A stretch of DNA of 64,000 nt from an uncultured Candidatus Binatia bacterium (GCA_965242525.1 OZ251459.1:2688001-2752000); one strand, 5' to 3'. Numbered from the stretch's first letter, positions 28,650-38,779 are shown. Numbers and translations are program-made. Notes: a model not told the origin generated them from the sequence alone.

Positions 28650-29711
28650 TCAGGCTTGGCCGCTTCCCCTGTACAGGGAGGAACCCTTGTAGCGCTGGGC
28701 CAGGAACCGGGCGAGGACGCCGAGGATGGCGACCGCGGGCACCGAGAACAGTATCCCGACGAGGCCGAACAGGGCGCCCCCGGCCGCCAGGCCGAAGATC
28801 AGCCAGAGAGGATGCAGGACCAGCCTGGGGTCGATGATGCGCGGGACCAGCACGTAGTTGGCCAGCAGTTGGCCCGCGGCGAATATGCCCGGCACCAGCG
28901 CGATACGGAGCCACTCGGGCCAGTACTGGATGAAGGCAATCCCCAAGGACAGGACGAGGCCGAAGACCGTCCCCACGTAGGGAATGAACGAAAGGACGCC
29001 CACGAGCAGGCCGATGGCGAAGCCGTAGGCCAGCCCTGTCAGGGAAAGCGCGGCGCCGTAGAACGCCGCCAGCGCCGCGCCCAGGAGGAAGGACCCCCGG
29101 AGGAACCCCTTGAGCACGCCGTCGATGTCGCGCGCGATGCCCCGGACCGCCTCCGCATGGTCCCGGGGCAACCCGTCGTCGATGGCGGCCACCACGTCCG
29201 GCCATTGCAGCAGCAGGTAGAAGGCGGTGACCGGCGTAATGGTGAGCAGGGCGGCCGCCTGGAAGACCGCGGCCCCGTTGCCGAGCAGGCTGAGGCCGTT
29301 GACGAGGCCCCAGACCACCGCGCTCATGGTTTCGATCCCGCCCAGCACCCCTTGCTCCAACTCCGCGGCCTGGCTGATGCCCGCCTGGACGAGCAGGGGC
29401 CCGATGAACTTGACTAGGCCCGACAGGAACAGCGGGAGTTGCCGGAGCAGTTCTGCGGTCTGCAATCCCACCGGGGGGAGCACGAGCAGGAACGCAGCGA
29501 GCCCGGCGCCCAGGAATCCCCCCATGACCAGCGCCGCGGCAGGAAGCCGCGGCATCCCGCGCCTTTCCATCCACGCCGCGGCCGGGTCGAGCAGCCAAGC
29601 GATCCCGGCGCCGAGGACGAAGGGAAACAGGACCGGGCCCAGGAGCCAGACCAGCAGCAGCGCCGCGGCCAGCGCCGCCAGCCAGAAGAATGCCTGTGAG
29701 CGCGCGTTCAT
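28650..29711 (-). CDS. AI-2E family transporter
   Basis: [29 protein letters not shown]....VP. Confidence 0.88.
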   Translation of the reverse strand: MNARSQAFFWLAALAAALLLVWLLGPVLFPFVLGAGIAWLLDPAAAWMERRGMPRLPAAALVMGGFLGAGLAAFLLVLPPVGLQTAELLRQLPLFLSGLVKFIGPLLVQAGISQAAELEQGVLGGIETMSAVVWGLVNGLSLLGNGAAVFQAAALLTITPVTAFYLLLQWPDVVAAIDDGLPRDHAEAVRGIARDIDGVLKGFLRGSFLLGAALAAFYGAALSLTGLAYGFAIGLLVGVLSFIPYVGTVFGLVLSLGIAFIQYWPEWLRIALVPGIFAAGQLLANYVLVPRIIDPRLVLHPLWLIFGLAAGGALFGLVGILFSVPAVAILGVLARFLAQRYKGSSLYRGSGQA

Positions 29712-29733
29712 GGGAGACCCGTGGGTTGCCGAC

Positions 29734-30288
29734 TCAGGCCGGGCCGGGGTCCGGCGGCCCGAGCCGCAGCTCCCTTGCGGCGCAGAACCGCGCCACTTCG
29801 CGTTCCAGCGCGGCCACGTCCTCGCAATCGACGATCTCGGATGACTCCCGGTGGTCCAGCGCCGCGCCGGCGAGCCGGTCGGCCCAGCCCCCGGACCCCT
29901 GCAGGAGGTAGATGGGGCGTCCGTGGATCCATCCGAAGCAGAGCTCGGACAGGGAGCCGGCGCCGCCGCCCACCGCCACGATGAAGTCTCCCGCCAGCGC
30001 GGTCAGGACGTTGCGCGCGTGGCCCAGGCCGGTGGGGATGACCACGCCGCACCAGGGGTTGGCCGCGTCCGCGTCCGTGCCGGGGGTGATGCCCACCGTG
30101 AGGCCGCCGGCCCGGGCGGCGCCTCGGGCGGCCGCTTCCATGACCCCGCCGCGGCCGCCGGTGACCAGCGTGACGGAGCGGCGCGCGAGCATCTCTCCGG
30201 CCTGCTCCGCCAGCGCGAGGACCGGGGCCGGGGCGTCCGAGTCCCCGACCAGGGCGGCTTGCGCAAAACGTGCCGCGCCCGGGTTCAC
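29734..30288 (-). CDS. LOG-family (TIGR00725-like) protein
   Basis: TGGRGGVMEA, GGLTVGI.P, TGLGHARN, GGGAGSLSE. Confidence 0.85.
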   Translation of the reverse strand: MNPGAARFAQAALVGDSDAPAPVLALAEQAGEMLARRSVTLVTGGRGGVMEAAARGAARAGGLTVGITPGTDADAANPWCGVVIPTGLGHARNVLTALAGDFIVAVGGGAGSLSELCFGWIHGRPIYLLQGSGGWADRLAGAALDHRESSEIVDCEDVAALEREVARFCAARELRLGPPDPGPA

Positions 30289-30306
30289 CGGTCCGTCCGT
30301 CTGCCC

Positions 30307-31773
30307 TCAGTCCAGCAGGTAGCCGAATTTCTCATGCGCTTTCCGCACCACTTCCGGGCTGGGCGCGTTCACCTTGGGGTACTTGTCGAACCACTCGAAG
30401 GGGCGGCAGGCATCGACGACCACGCGGGAGTTGGTGATGTCGCGGGCCGCGCGCTGCTCCGGGGTCACGCGAGGGTCCGCGGGCGAGGTGCGCATCTTGC
30501 GCAGGATCTCGATGGAGGTCTCGGGGTCGCACCGGGTGAGCATGGCCCAGATCAACTGGTCCAGGTTCGACACGTCGATGTCGTCGTCCACCACGATGAC
30601 GAACTTGCACCCATAGACCACCGAGCCGCAGGTGGACGCCAGCGTGCCCGCCTGCCGGGCGTGGCCGGGATACCGTTGCTTGATGGCGATTCCGTGCATC
30701 AGGCGCGAGGCGCCGACCTCGTGGCACCACACCTGGGTCACGTCCGGGACGCCGGCGTCGGCCAGTTCCTGCTTGAGCATGGCCGAACGCATGATGGCCC
30801 GGTAGCGCGCCATCTCGTCGGGGCCGGCGCCCAGCGGCGGGACCCCCAGGATGACGGGGTCGTTGCGGTGGTAGATGGCGCGCACGTCGAGGGTCGGTTG
30901 CTCGCTGGCGCCGCCGGCGTAGTACCCCGTCCACTCGCCGAAGGGTCCTTCCACCGCGCGGTTGCCGGAGGTCAGGAACCCTTCCAGCACGATCTCGGCG
31001 TTGGCCGGGAAGGGCAGGCCGGTGACCTTGCCCCGCACCACTTCCACCGGAGCGCCGCGCAGTCCCCCCACCACGTCGAACTCGCACACGCCGTAGGGGA
31101 ACTCCGTCCCTGCCACGAAGAACGACATGGGGTCGCTCCCCACCACCAGGGCCACGGGCATGGGTTGGCCCCGGTCGAAGTATTTCTTTCGGTGCATGTA
31201 GGCGTGCTTGCCGGGGACGAACAGCAGGCTCACGGCGTTCCTGCCCTGGACCATGGCCCGGTAGGTGCCCACGTTGATCCACCGTTCCTCCGGGTCGATG
31301 GTCACGCAGAAACAGCCCGTGCCGATGTAGCGGCCGCCGTCGTCCGCGTGCCACTTGGGGGTGGGGAAGAGGGTCACGTCCACGTCGTCGCCGGTGAGGA
31401 CGTTCTCGAACACCGGCCCGTCATCGACTACCACGTGGGGCAGCCGCCGCTGGACCTTGATGTAGTGCTCGAAGAACGCCTGGCTGAGCTCCTGCTTGGT
31501 GAGGTGCTCCGGGAACCCCAGGGTCATGTTCCGGCGCTTGCCGGCAAAGGCGTTGATCATGACCCGGAACCCCTTGGGACATCCGGGGACTTCGTCGAAC
31601 AGGACCGCGGGTCCGTCGTCGGCGCGGATCACCGCGTCCGCGGCCAGCCCGATGTCCTCTTGCCAGCTCGCGCCAGTGACGGTGCGGAGCTCGCCCAGGG
31701 CGTCGGCCCGGGCCATCCATTCGCGCAGGTCCCGGTAGGGGAGCCTGGCTTCCATGGCAGCGGTTGTCGTCAC
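30307..31773 (-). CDS. UbiD-family prFMN-dependent (de)carboxylase
   Basis: DLREW, DGGRYIGT, NVGTYR, EGPFGEWTGYY, VVDDDID..WA. Confidence 0.92.
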   Translation of the reverse strand: MTTTAAMEARLPYRDLREWMARADALGELRTVTGASWQEDIGLAADAVIRADDGPAVLFDEVPGCPKGFRVMINAFAGKRRNMTLGFPEHLTKQELSQAFFEHYIKVQRRLPHVVVDDGPVFENVLTGDDVDVTLFPTPKWHADDGGRYIGTGCFCVTIDPEERWINVGTYRAMVQGRNAVSLLFVPGKHAYMHRKKYFDRGQPMPVALVVGSDPMSFFVAGTEFPYGVCEFDVVGGLRGAPVEVVRGKVTGLPFPANAEIVLEGFLTSGNRAVEGPFGEWTGYYAGGASEQPTLDVRAIYHRNDPVILGVPPLGAGPDEMARYRAIMRSAMLKQELADAGVPDVTQVWCHEVGASRLMHGIAIKQRYPGHARQAGTLASTCGSVVYGCKFVIVVDDDIDVSNLDQLIWAMLTRCDPETSIEILRKMRTSPADPRVTPEQRAARDITNSRVVVDACRPFEWFDKYPKVNAPSPEVVRKAHEKFGYLLD

Positions 31774-31789
31774 GTGTCTCGACCTCGTT

Positions 31790-32674
31790 TCAGGCGGCCA
31801 TGGACTTGATGCGCTCCACCGCCTCGTCCACCAGTTCGTCGGTGGTCTCGTTGGCGCCGATGACGCCCACCCTGGACTTGCCGGTGAACCACGAGCGCTC
31901 CAGGTCCTCGACCTTCTCGATCCGGTGCACGTTGTCGTTGAACGCCCGGGCCACTTCCTCCATGCGGTTGGTCATGCCCTCGGTCCAGCCGAAGATCACC
32001 ACCGCCTCCACGTCCCGGGCCAGGTCCTCGACCTTCGGCAGGCGCTGCAGCGAGTCGATGCACGCGGTGTTGCGGATACGGACGTTGGCGAACCGCTCCA
32101 GCAGCAACGCCATGATCTTCTTGTAGCTCTCCATCCAGAACGTGGTCTGGACGATGACCCCCACGGGCTCGAAGCGGGTCAGGCGGATGTCCTTCACGTC
32201 GTCTTCGTCCTCGACGATGAAGACCTCCCGCTCCTTCTCCGCGGCGATGCCCATGAGGCGCGGAATGCCGTGGTGCGTGCGGCTGCTCAGGATCACCAGG
32301 TGGCAACCCTGCTCCAGCAACTCCAGCTCGGCCTCCTCCTGCTGCACCACGAAGGGGCAGGTGGCGTCCGCCAGGAGCTCCAGGCCCTGTTCGCGCGCCT
32401 TCCGGCGGACCTCCGGCGGCGCTCCCCGGACCCCATAGATGAGCTTCTCGTCCCGGATGGACTCCATGTCGTTGGTGGAGCGGATGCCGTCCTCTTCTTC
32501 CAGCGACTGGAAGGCGATGAAGTCGTTCTCGGGCCTCAGGGACCACACCGCCAACCCGCCGCCGTATTTATCGACCATCTTCCGGTGCATGGCCCCGGCG
32601 CGGTGCACGCCCACGCAGAGGCCGGAGGGGGGGATGCCCTTGGTGTCCGCGAAGCCCACCTTCACCACTTCCAT
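31790..32674 (-). CDS. Divergent IspH/LytB-like [4Fe-4S] protein
   Basis: GLCVGV, DATCPFV, QTT and NTAC give the three cluster cysteines and fold markers; many IspH substrate-binding residues are replaced. Confidence 0.8.
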   Translation of the reverse strand: MEVVKVGFADTKGIPPSGLCVGVHRAGAMHRKMVDKYGGGLAVWSLRPENDFIAFQSLEEEDGIRSTNDMESIRDEKLIYGVRGAPPEVRRKAREQGLELLADATCPFVVQQEEAELELLEQGCHLVILSSRTHHGIPRLMGIAAEKEREVFIVEDEDDVKDIRLTRFEPVGVIVQTTFWMESYKKIMALLLERFANVRIRNTACIDSLQRLPKVEDLARDVEAVVIFGWTEGMTNRMEEVARAFNDNVHRIEKVEDLERSWFTGKSRVGVIGANETTDELVDEAVERIKSMAA

Positions 32675-32744
32675 GAGAACCTCCTCGCTGAAGCCGAACC
32701 GCCGAGGGAGCCCGCGGTTGGCGCCGGCGCCGGGACCGGACGGG

Positions 32745-33785
32745 TTACCCGTGCGCGGGTCGGACCTTCCCGGCCTCGACGGCCACGTCCTTCAGGTATT
32801 CTTCCTGCTCGACGATGGTGTAGAGCGCCAGCGAGCCGTCGTCCTTCACGGGCACGCCGCCGAAGAAGTGGAACGCGTGGCCGTCCCAGTCGTAGAACTC
32901 GTCGCCCCGCTCGTACATGGCCTTCCACTGGTAACCCACCGGGCTCCGGTGCAGGCCGGTGCGCGCGGGAAGCGCGTCTTCCTCTTCCAGGGTCATGCCG
33001 GCCTCTTCCTTCGCCCTTTCTTCCTCCGGCAGCCCTTCCCACATGCGGCGGTAGTTGGGCATGAACTCCTCCGCCCGCACGGTCAACGCCGTGTGCATGT
33101 CCCACCAGGGTCCGTGCCCGGCCACCCGCTCGTCCACCCGGTCCACCAGTTGGTAGATGAGCCGTCCGCCGGCCCGGAGCCGCAGCACCAGCATGCCTTC
33201 GGCCACCGCGGAGATCCTTTCCGGTTCGAGGGCGCAGTAGGTCTCGAAGAACCTGGCGGTGCGCCCCAGGTCCCGGGAGCCGTACACCGCGTGGCTGATC
33301 CGGCCCACCCCTTCCGAGGTGCAGACCTCCATGGCCCCTTCGGGCATGCGGTCGGGGGCCCAGAACTCGTACTGGTTGCCGTCCGGGTCGGCAAAGTGGA
33401 CCACGGTCCCTTCGTCGCCGCCCGCGGCCGTCCGGACCGGGTCGGTGTGCGGGATGTGGTGGCGGTCCAGCCGCCCGAGATGGGCGTCCACGTCCCCGGG
33501 CCGCACGTAGAAACCGCACCGGGGCGTGTCCTCGCCCAGGGGCTTGGCCGGCGGATAGACCTCGGGCTGGAGGAACGCGCCGATGCGGCAGGACTCGCCG
33601 TCCCACCAGAGGAAGCACATGATCGGCATGTCCTTCTTGCGCCCGGCGGTGGTGATGCCCCGGATGGGCCTTCTCGTGATGCCGGTGGCGTTCACCGCCC
33701 AATCCACCCAGGCCACCATGTCGTTGGTGCCGACGATGAAGTGGTCGATCCAGTGGACTACTCCGCGAGGCTCCTGGTCCGACAT
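32745..33785 (-). CDS. Two-domain VOC (glyoxalase/extradiol dioxygenase fold) protein
   Basis: IDHF, F.DPDGNQYEF, ISHAV, MHTAL, FYDWDGHAFH. Confidence 0.75.
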   Translation of the reverse strand: MSDQEPRGVVHWIDHFIVGTNDMVAWVDWAVNATGITRRPIRGITTAGRKKDMPIMCFLWWDGESCRIGAFLQPEVYPPAKPLGEDTPRCGFYVRPGDVDAHLGRLDRHHIPHTDPVRTAAGGDEGTVVHFADPDGNQYEFWAPDRMPEGAMEVCTSEGVGRISHAVYGSRDLGRTARFFETYCALEPERISAVAEGMLVLRLRAGGRLIYQLVDRVDERVAGHGPWWDMHTALTVRAEEFMPNYRRMWEGLPEEERAKEEAGMTLEEEDALPARTGLHRSPVGYQWKAMYERGDEFYDWDGHAFHFFGGVPVKDDGSLALYTIVEQEEYLKDVAVEAGKVRPAHG

Positions 33786-33933
33786 GGGTCACCTCCCTGT
33801 GCTGGCGAGTCGCGGCTCGGCGCGTCCTGGCGAGTTCCATCCTGCCGCCGAGATTGCGATTACCAGAGCGCACCCACGCTGTCAACGATCCCGGATCCCC
33901 CTCCGGGCCTCCGGCGGACGTCCACGTAGCAAA

Positions 33934-34026
33934 GCAAACCCTGAACGACGCTCCCGTTCGTCCCGAGCCTACCGAACTCATCCTCCCGTTCGTCCTGAGC
34001 GTAGCGAAGCGAAGTCGAAGGACGCG
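33934..34026 (-). repeat. MITE/REP copy F
   Basis: CCCGTTCGTCCTGAGCGTAGCGAAGCGAAGTCGAAGGACGCG with a degenerate TIR at 33934. Confidence 0.65.
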
Positions 34027-34201
34027 GTTGAAGTCCCGCCTGCTTCATGCTAACAACCGACGCCTGTTCTTGCAGTAGGGTCACACGGCCCTCCGGTGCG
34101 CGCGCACAGCGTCGCCGGGGCCGTGTGATAGACGGACGGCCCCTTTCGACCAGACCCCATCCCGACTACAAGCGGAGAGAGGTAGAGGAGCAAGGAGTAC
34201 C

Positions 34202-35620
34202 ATGGCAACGCTCTCGGATGTGCAGAAGACCATTTCGGACAACAAGGTGCGGCGAGTGGAGTTGCTCGTCACCGACCTGATCGGTCGGTGGCAGCATTTC
34301 GCGATACCGGCCGCCAGGGTGAACGACAGCCTCGTCAACCGCGGCCTCGGCTTCGACGGCTCCAGCCTGCGCGGCTTCCAGTCCATCGACGAATCGGACA
34401 TGCTGCTGGTCCCGGACCTCGACACCGCGCGCATGGACCCCGTCGAGTCGGAACCGACCATGAAGATCATCTGCGACATCGTGGACCCGATGACGGGCGA
34501 ACGCTACTCCAGGGACCCCCGCTACGTGGCCACCAAGGCCGAGGAGCACTTGAAGGCCACCGGCATCGCCGACAAGGCGTTCTTCGGCCCGGAGCTGGAG
34601 TTCTTCCTGTTCGAGCACGTGCAGTTCGGCCTCAAGATCAACTCTTCGTTCTACACGGTGGAGTCCGACGAGGCCGACTGGAACTCCGGCCGTGACGAGG
34701 ACGGCCACAACCTCGGCTACAAGGTCCCGCCCAAGCAGGGTTATTCCCCGGTGTCCCCGTTCGACAAGCTCGGCGACCTGCGCTGGGAGATGGCCGAGAA
34801 GATGGCCCAGGTGGGAATGGAGTTCGAGGTGCACCACCACGAGGTGGCCACCGGCGGCCAGAGCGAGATCGCCACGCGGTTCAACACCTTGCGCGCCAAG
34901 GCGGACGAGTCCCAGTGGTACAAGCACATCGTCCGCAACGTGGCCAGGGCCGGCGGCAAGTCCGCCACCTTCATGCCCAAGCCCCTGTTCGGGGACAACG
35001 GCACCGGCATGCACGTGCACCAGTCCCTGTGGCTCGGCGACTCGCCGCTGTTCTACGACGAGGACGGCTACGCCCAGCTATCGGAGCTGGCGCGGCACTA
35101 CATCGGCGGCCTGCTGAAGCACGGTCCGTCGCTGCTCGCCTTCTGCGCTCCCACGACCAACTCCTACAAACGCCTGGTCCCCGGGTTCGAGGCGCCGGTC
35201 TATCTGGCCTACTCGCAGCGCAACCGTTCGGCGGCCGTCCGCATCCCCACCTACGAGACCTCGGCGGCCAGCAAGCGGCTCGAATTCCGCCCGCCCGACC
35301 CCTCGGCCAACACCTACCTGGCCTTCTCGGCCATGCTGATGGCGGGCCTCGACGGCATCCAGAACCGCATCGAACCCGGCGACCCGGTGGACACCGACAT
35401 CTACGAGCTCTCTCCCGAGGAGATCGGCAACATCCCCGCGGTGCCGACTTCCATGGAAGAGGCGGTGGCGGCCCTGGGCGCCGACCACGAGTACCTGACC
35501 CGGGGCGGCGTGTTCACGCAGGACGTCATCGACCACTACATCTCCTTCAAGGAGCAGGAGTCCCGCGACGTCTTCCTGCACCCGGTGCCCGCGGAGTTCT
35601 TCCACTACTACCACATCTAG
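34202..35620 (+). CDS. glnA: Glutamine synthetase type I
   Basis: GFDGSS, GPELEFF, HHHEVA, FMPKP..GDNGTGMHVH, NSYKRLVPG.EAP, RNRSA..RIP, adenylylation-site Tyr in DIYEL. Confidence 0.97.
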   Translation: MATLSDVQKTISDNKVRRVELLVTDLIGRWQHFAIPAARVNDSLVNRGLGFDGSSLRGFQSIDESDMLLVPDLDTARMDPVESEPTMKIICDIVDPMTGERYSRDPRYVATKAEEHLKATGIADKAFFGPELEFFLFEHVQFGLKINSSFYTVESDEADWNSGRDEDGHNLGYKVPPKQGYSPVSPFDKLGDLRWEMAEKMAQVGMEFEVHHHEVATGGQSEIATRFNTLRAKADESQWYKHIVRNVARAGGKSATFMPKPLFGDNGTGMHVHQSLWLGDSPLFYDEDGYAQLSELARHYIGGLLKHGPSLLAFCAPTTNSYKRLVPGFEAPVYLAYSQRNRSAAVRIPTYETSAASKRLEFRPPDPSANTYLAFSAMLMAGLDGIQNRIEPGDPVDTDIYELSPEEIGNIPAVPTSMEEAVAALGADHEYLTRGGVFTQDVIDHYISFKEQESRDVFLHPVPAEFFHYYHI

Positions 35621-35716
35621 CCTCCTCGCCGGGGAGCGGCCGCGCGCCGCTTCCCGGCGCCATCCGCCACCGGCAGCCTTTCCCGCACGGCCCCCGACAA
35701 CGCTTCCCGAAAGACA

Positions 35717-35923
35717 GGAACCTCTGAACAATCCGGACAGGGGGCATGAGCGCGTCCTTCGACTTCGCTTCGCTACGCTCAGGATGAACGGGGGACTTCG
35801 CTACGCTACGCTCAGGATGAATGGGGATCCTCGCTTCGCTACGCTCAGGACGAACGGGGGTAGGGGCGTCAGGATGAGGGAATCGGGAATCCATCCCGGA
35901 TGTCTCGATTGTCCAGAAGTTCC
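35717..35923 (+). mobile_element. MITE-like element copy G with triplicated REP core
   Basis: GGAACCTCTGAACAATC ... GATTGTCCAGAAGTTCC; three tandem CGCTACGCTCAGGAYGAAYGGGG units. Confidence 0.7.
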
Positions 35924-36015
35924 GATACGGATACCGTACTGCCCGCAGGACGCGCCGGCGTCCCGCCCCGCCCGGGGCGTGACGGAACAGGGACGATGTG
36001 CTAGGGAAGGTTGCC

Positions 36016-36930
36016 ATGCGTATCCTGATCCATGGCCAGCAGGCGTTCGGCAAGGCGGTGCTGGAACGGCTCCTTGCGGGACCGGACGAAGTCGTGGGGG
36101 TCTTTTGCGCGCCGGACCGCGAGGGCCGGCCCATGGACCCCTTGAAGGAGGCGGCGCTGGAGCGGGGGCTGCCGGTGCACCAGCCCGGAAGCTGGAAGGA
36201 CGAGGCGCTGGTGGACCTGGTGCAGTCGTTCCGGTCCGACCTGTGCGTCATGGCCTACGTGACCCTCCTCGTGCCCCGGGGGGTGCTGGACGCCCCGAGG
36301 TTCGGCACCATCCAGTATCATCCCTCCCTGCTGCCGTTGCACCGCGGCCCCAGCTCCATCAACTGGGCGCGGATACAGGGAGACCAAAAGACCGGCCTCA
36401 CCATCTTCTGGCCGGACGAGGGCCTCGACGAGGGGCCGGTCCTGCTCCAGAAGGAGGTGGATGTCGCGCAGGACGACACCGTGGGCAGCCTCTACTTCGA
36501 CAAGCTGTTCCCCATGGGGGTGGAAGCGGTGGCGGAGGCGGTGGAGCTGGTGCGCGCCGGTACGGCGCCGCGGGTCGAGCAGGACCAGAGCCGCGCCACC
36601 TACGAGGGCTGGTGCCGCGAGGCGGACGCGGAGGTGGACTGGTCCGGGTCGGCGCCGGAGGTCCATCGGCTCATCTGCGGAACCGATCCCCAACCCGGCG
36701 CCTGGACCACTTTCCGCGGGAACAAGCTGAAGCTGTACGGCAGCCGCATGGGCGCCGGCGCGGGCGCGCCCGGGGAGGTCCTGGCCGTGTCCGACCACGG
36801 CATGGAGGTGGCCGCGGGCTCGGCCAGCGTGGTGGTCCGAAGGGTGCGGGCCCACGACTCCCGGTCCAAGGCGGCCGCGGCGGAATACGCCGCCGCGGTC
36901 GGCCTGGGTCCCGGGTCGCGCCTGGGCTGA
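36016..36930 (+). CDS. Formyltransferase (Fmt-like / 10-formyl-THF hydrolase-like)
   Basis: YHPSLLP.HRG.SSINW, GLTIFWPDEGLDEG, C-terminal Fmt_C-like region. Confidence 0.85.
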   Translation: MRILIHGQQAFGKAVLERLLAGPDEVVGVFCAPDREGRPMDPLKEAALERGLPVHQPGSWKDEALVDLVQSFRSDLCVMAYVTLLVPRGVLDAPRFGTIQYHPSLLPLHRGPSSINWARIQGDQKTGLTIFWPDEGLDEGPVLLQKEVDVAQDDTVGSLYFDKLFPMGVEAVAEAVELVRAGTAPRVEQDQSRATYEGWCREADAEVDWSGSAPEVHRLICGTDPQPGAWTTFRGNKLKLYGSRMGAGAGAPGEVLAVSDHGMEVAAGSASVVVRRVRAHDSRSKAAAAEYAAAVGLGPGSRLG

Positions 36931-37025
36931 CGGCGCCCGCGGACCTCCGGGGCGTTTTTCCGGCGCACCGACCGTTTCCGGGGTTGGCCGTGTCCGCGTT
37001 CCGTGTCAGTATGGACAGGGGGACC

Positions 37026-38267
37026 ATGGATCGCTCGCAGTGGGACCGGCTCGACGGGATGCTTGGCGAGGTGCTCCGGACCAACGAGTTCTACCGCCGC
37101 AAGCTCGGCAGCGCCCTGCCGGCGTTGGAGAACCGGGAGCAGTGGTCCCGCCTGCCGTTCACCACCAAGCAGGAGCTGGTGGACGACCAGCTCCGGCGGC
37201 CGCCGTTCGGAAGCGGCCTGACGTACCCACTGGAACGGTACGTGCGGGTGCACCAGACCTCGGGCACCACCGGGCGCCCCCTGTACTGGCTGGACACCGA
37301 CGCGTCGTGGGACTGGTGGGGCGAGTGTTGGAAGGCGGTGTTCCGGGCCGCGGGGGTCGGGTCCGGGGACCGGGTCTTCTTCCCGTTCTCCTTCGGCCCC
37401 TTCGTGGGGTTCTGGAGCGGGTGGGAAGGCGCCCGCAAGGTCGGCGCGCTGGCGGTTTCCGGCGGGGGGCAGAGCACGCAGCAACGGCTCAGGAGCCTCG
37501 TGGACTACGGCGCCACCGTGCTGGTGAGCACCCCCACCTACGCCCTGCACATGGCCGCGGAGGCGCGCCGGGCGGGGATGGATCTGGCCCGGGAGTCGTC
37601 CGTCCGGGTGACCGTCCACGCGGGAGAGCCCGGAGCGAGCATCGCCTCCACCCGGCGGCGCATCGAGGAGGCATGGGGCGCCCGGTGCTTCGACCACACG
37701 GGCGCCACCGAGGTGGGCGCGTTCGGCTTCGCCTGCAACGCGCCCGGGGAAGGGGTGCACGTCAACGAGGACGAGTTCGTCGCCGAAGTGGTGGACGTGG
37801 ACAGCGGCGAGCCCTTGCCGGACGGAGGCCGGGGCGAGTTGGTGCTGACCAACCTGGGCCGGGTGGGGAGTCCCGTCATCCGGTACCGCACCGGCGACCT
37901 GGTGGAGGCGCGCCGCGGTCCCTGCGCCTGCGGCCGCTCCTCCCTGGTGCTGGACGGAGGCGTCCTCGGGCGCGTGGACGACATGGTGGTGGTGCGGGGC
38001 GTCAACGTGTTCCCGAGCGCGGTGGAACGGATCGTCCGGCAGTTCCCCGAGGTCGAGGAGTTCCGTGTGGACGTGCGGGAGACCGACGGTCTGGCGGAGC
38101 TCAAGGTCACGGTGGAGCCGGGGGCGTCGGAGAGTCCCGCGGGGCTCCGGGAGGGCGTGACCCGCTCCATCATGGACAACCTGCGCATCCGCCCGGTGGT
38201 GGATGTAGTGGCCCGGGGAACGTTGCCGCGTTTCGAGCTCAAGGCAAGGAGGTTCTTTCGGAGTTGA
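37026..38267 (+). CDS. PaaK-like aromatic acid--CoA ligase
   Basis: LPFTTK.EL, TSGTTG.P, AGEPG, GATEVG, RYRTGD, GRVDDM..VRGVN. Confidence 0.88.
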   Translation: MDRSQWDRLDGMLGEVLRTNEFYRRKLGSALPALENREQWSRLPFTTKQELVDDQLRRPPFGSGLTYPLERYVRVHQTSGTTGRPLYWLDTDASWDWWGECWKAVFRAAGVGSGDRVFFPFSFGPFVGFWSGWEGARKVGALAVSGGGQSTQQRLRSLVDYGATVLVSTPTYALHMAAEARRAGMDLARESSVRVTVHAGEPGASIASTRRRIEEAWGARCFDHTGATEVGAFGFACNAPGEGVHVNEDEFVAEVVDVDSGEPLPDGGRGELVLTNLGRVGSPVIRYRTGDLVEARRGPCACGRSSLVLDGGVLGRVDDMVVVRGVNVFPSAVERIVRQFPEVEEFRVDVRETDGLAELKVTVEPGASESPAGLREGVTRSIMDNLRIRPVVDVVARGTLPRFELKARRFFRS

Positions 38268-38779
38268 GCGGCCGGGAGATCACCGGAAAGCAGTTGTTGC
38301 GCCTGTGCGTCAACGGCGAGGTCCACGAGGTCGCCGGCCACGTGACCCGAAGCTTGCTGGAGGTGTTGCGGGAAGAGCTGGGGCTCACCGGCACCAAGCA
38401 CGGCTGCGAGTTGGGGGAGTGCGGCACGTGCACGGTGCTGGTGGACGGCGAGCCCATCTACTCGTGCCTGATGCTGGGCCTGGAGGCCGAGGGCCGCGAG
38501 GTCACCACCGTCGAGGGGCTCTCCGTGCAGGGCCGACCGCATCCGCTGCAACGGGCGTTCTCGGACCTCGGGGCGGCCCAGTGCGGTTACTGCATTCCCG
38601 GCATACTGCTGGCGGCCAAGTCGCTGCTGGACAAGGACCCCAGCCCGGCCCGGGCGGACATCGAAGCGGCCCTGTCGGGCAACCTGTGCCGCTGCACCGG
38701 GTATGCCAAGATCATCGAGGCGGTGGAGCGGGCCGCGGCCGACCCGGGGCGCGAGGGGCCGCGGGCAGGGGACGGCTAG
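38264..38779 (+). CDS. (2Fe-2S) small subunit of xanthine-dehydrogenase-family enzyme (HcrC-like)
   Basis: GTKHGCELGECGTCTV, SCL, QCGYC.PG, GNLCRCTGY; TTG start overlaps the upstream stop. Confidence 0.9.
   Translation: MSGREITGKQLLRLCVNGEVHEVAGHVTRSLLEVLREELGLTGTKHGCELGECGTCTVLVDGEPIYSCLMLGLEAEGREVTTVEGLSVQGRPHPLQRAFSDLGAAQCGYCIPGILLAAKSLLDKDPSPARADIEAALSGNLCRCTGYAKIIEAVERAAADPGREGPRAGDG

Noticed and set aside
33786-34201. glnA riboswitch or sigma54 promoter upstream of glnA
   Set aside because: No convincing consensus was seen; much of the region is MITE copy F.
35628-35658. Rho-independent terminator after glnA
   Set aside because: A hairpin is present but lacks a U-tract, so it was not called.
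35749-35860. Three tandem repeats resembling a mini CRISPR array
   Set aside because: There are no unique spacers of about 30 bp, the units are the dispersed REP core, and no cas genes are present.
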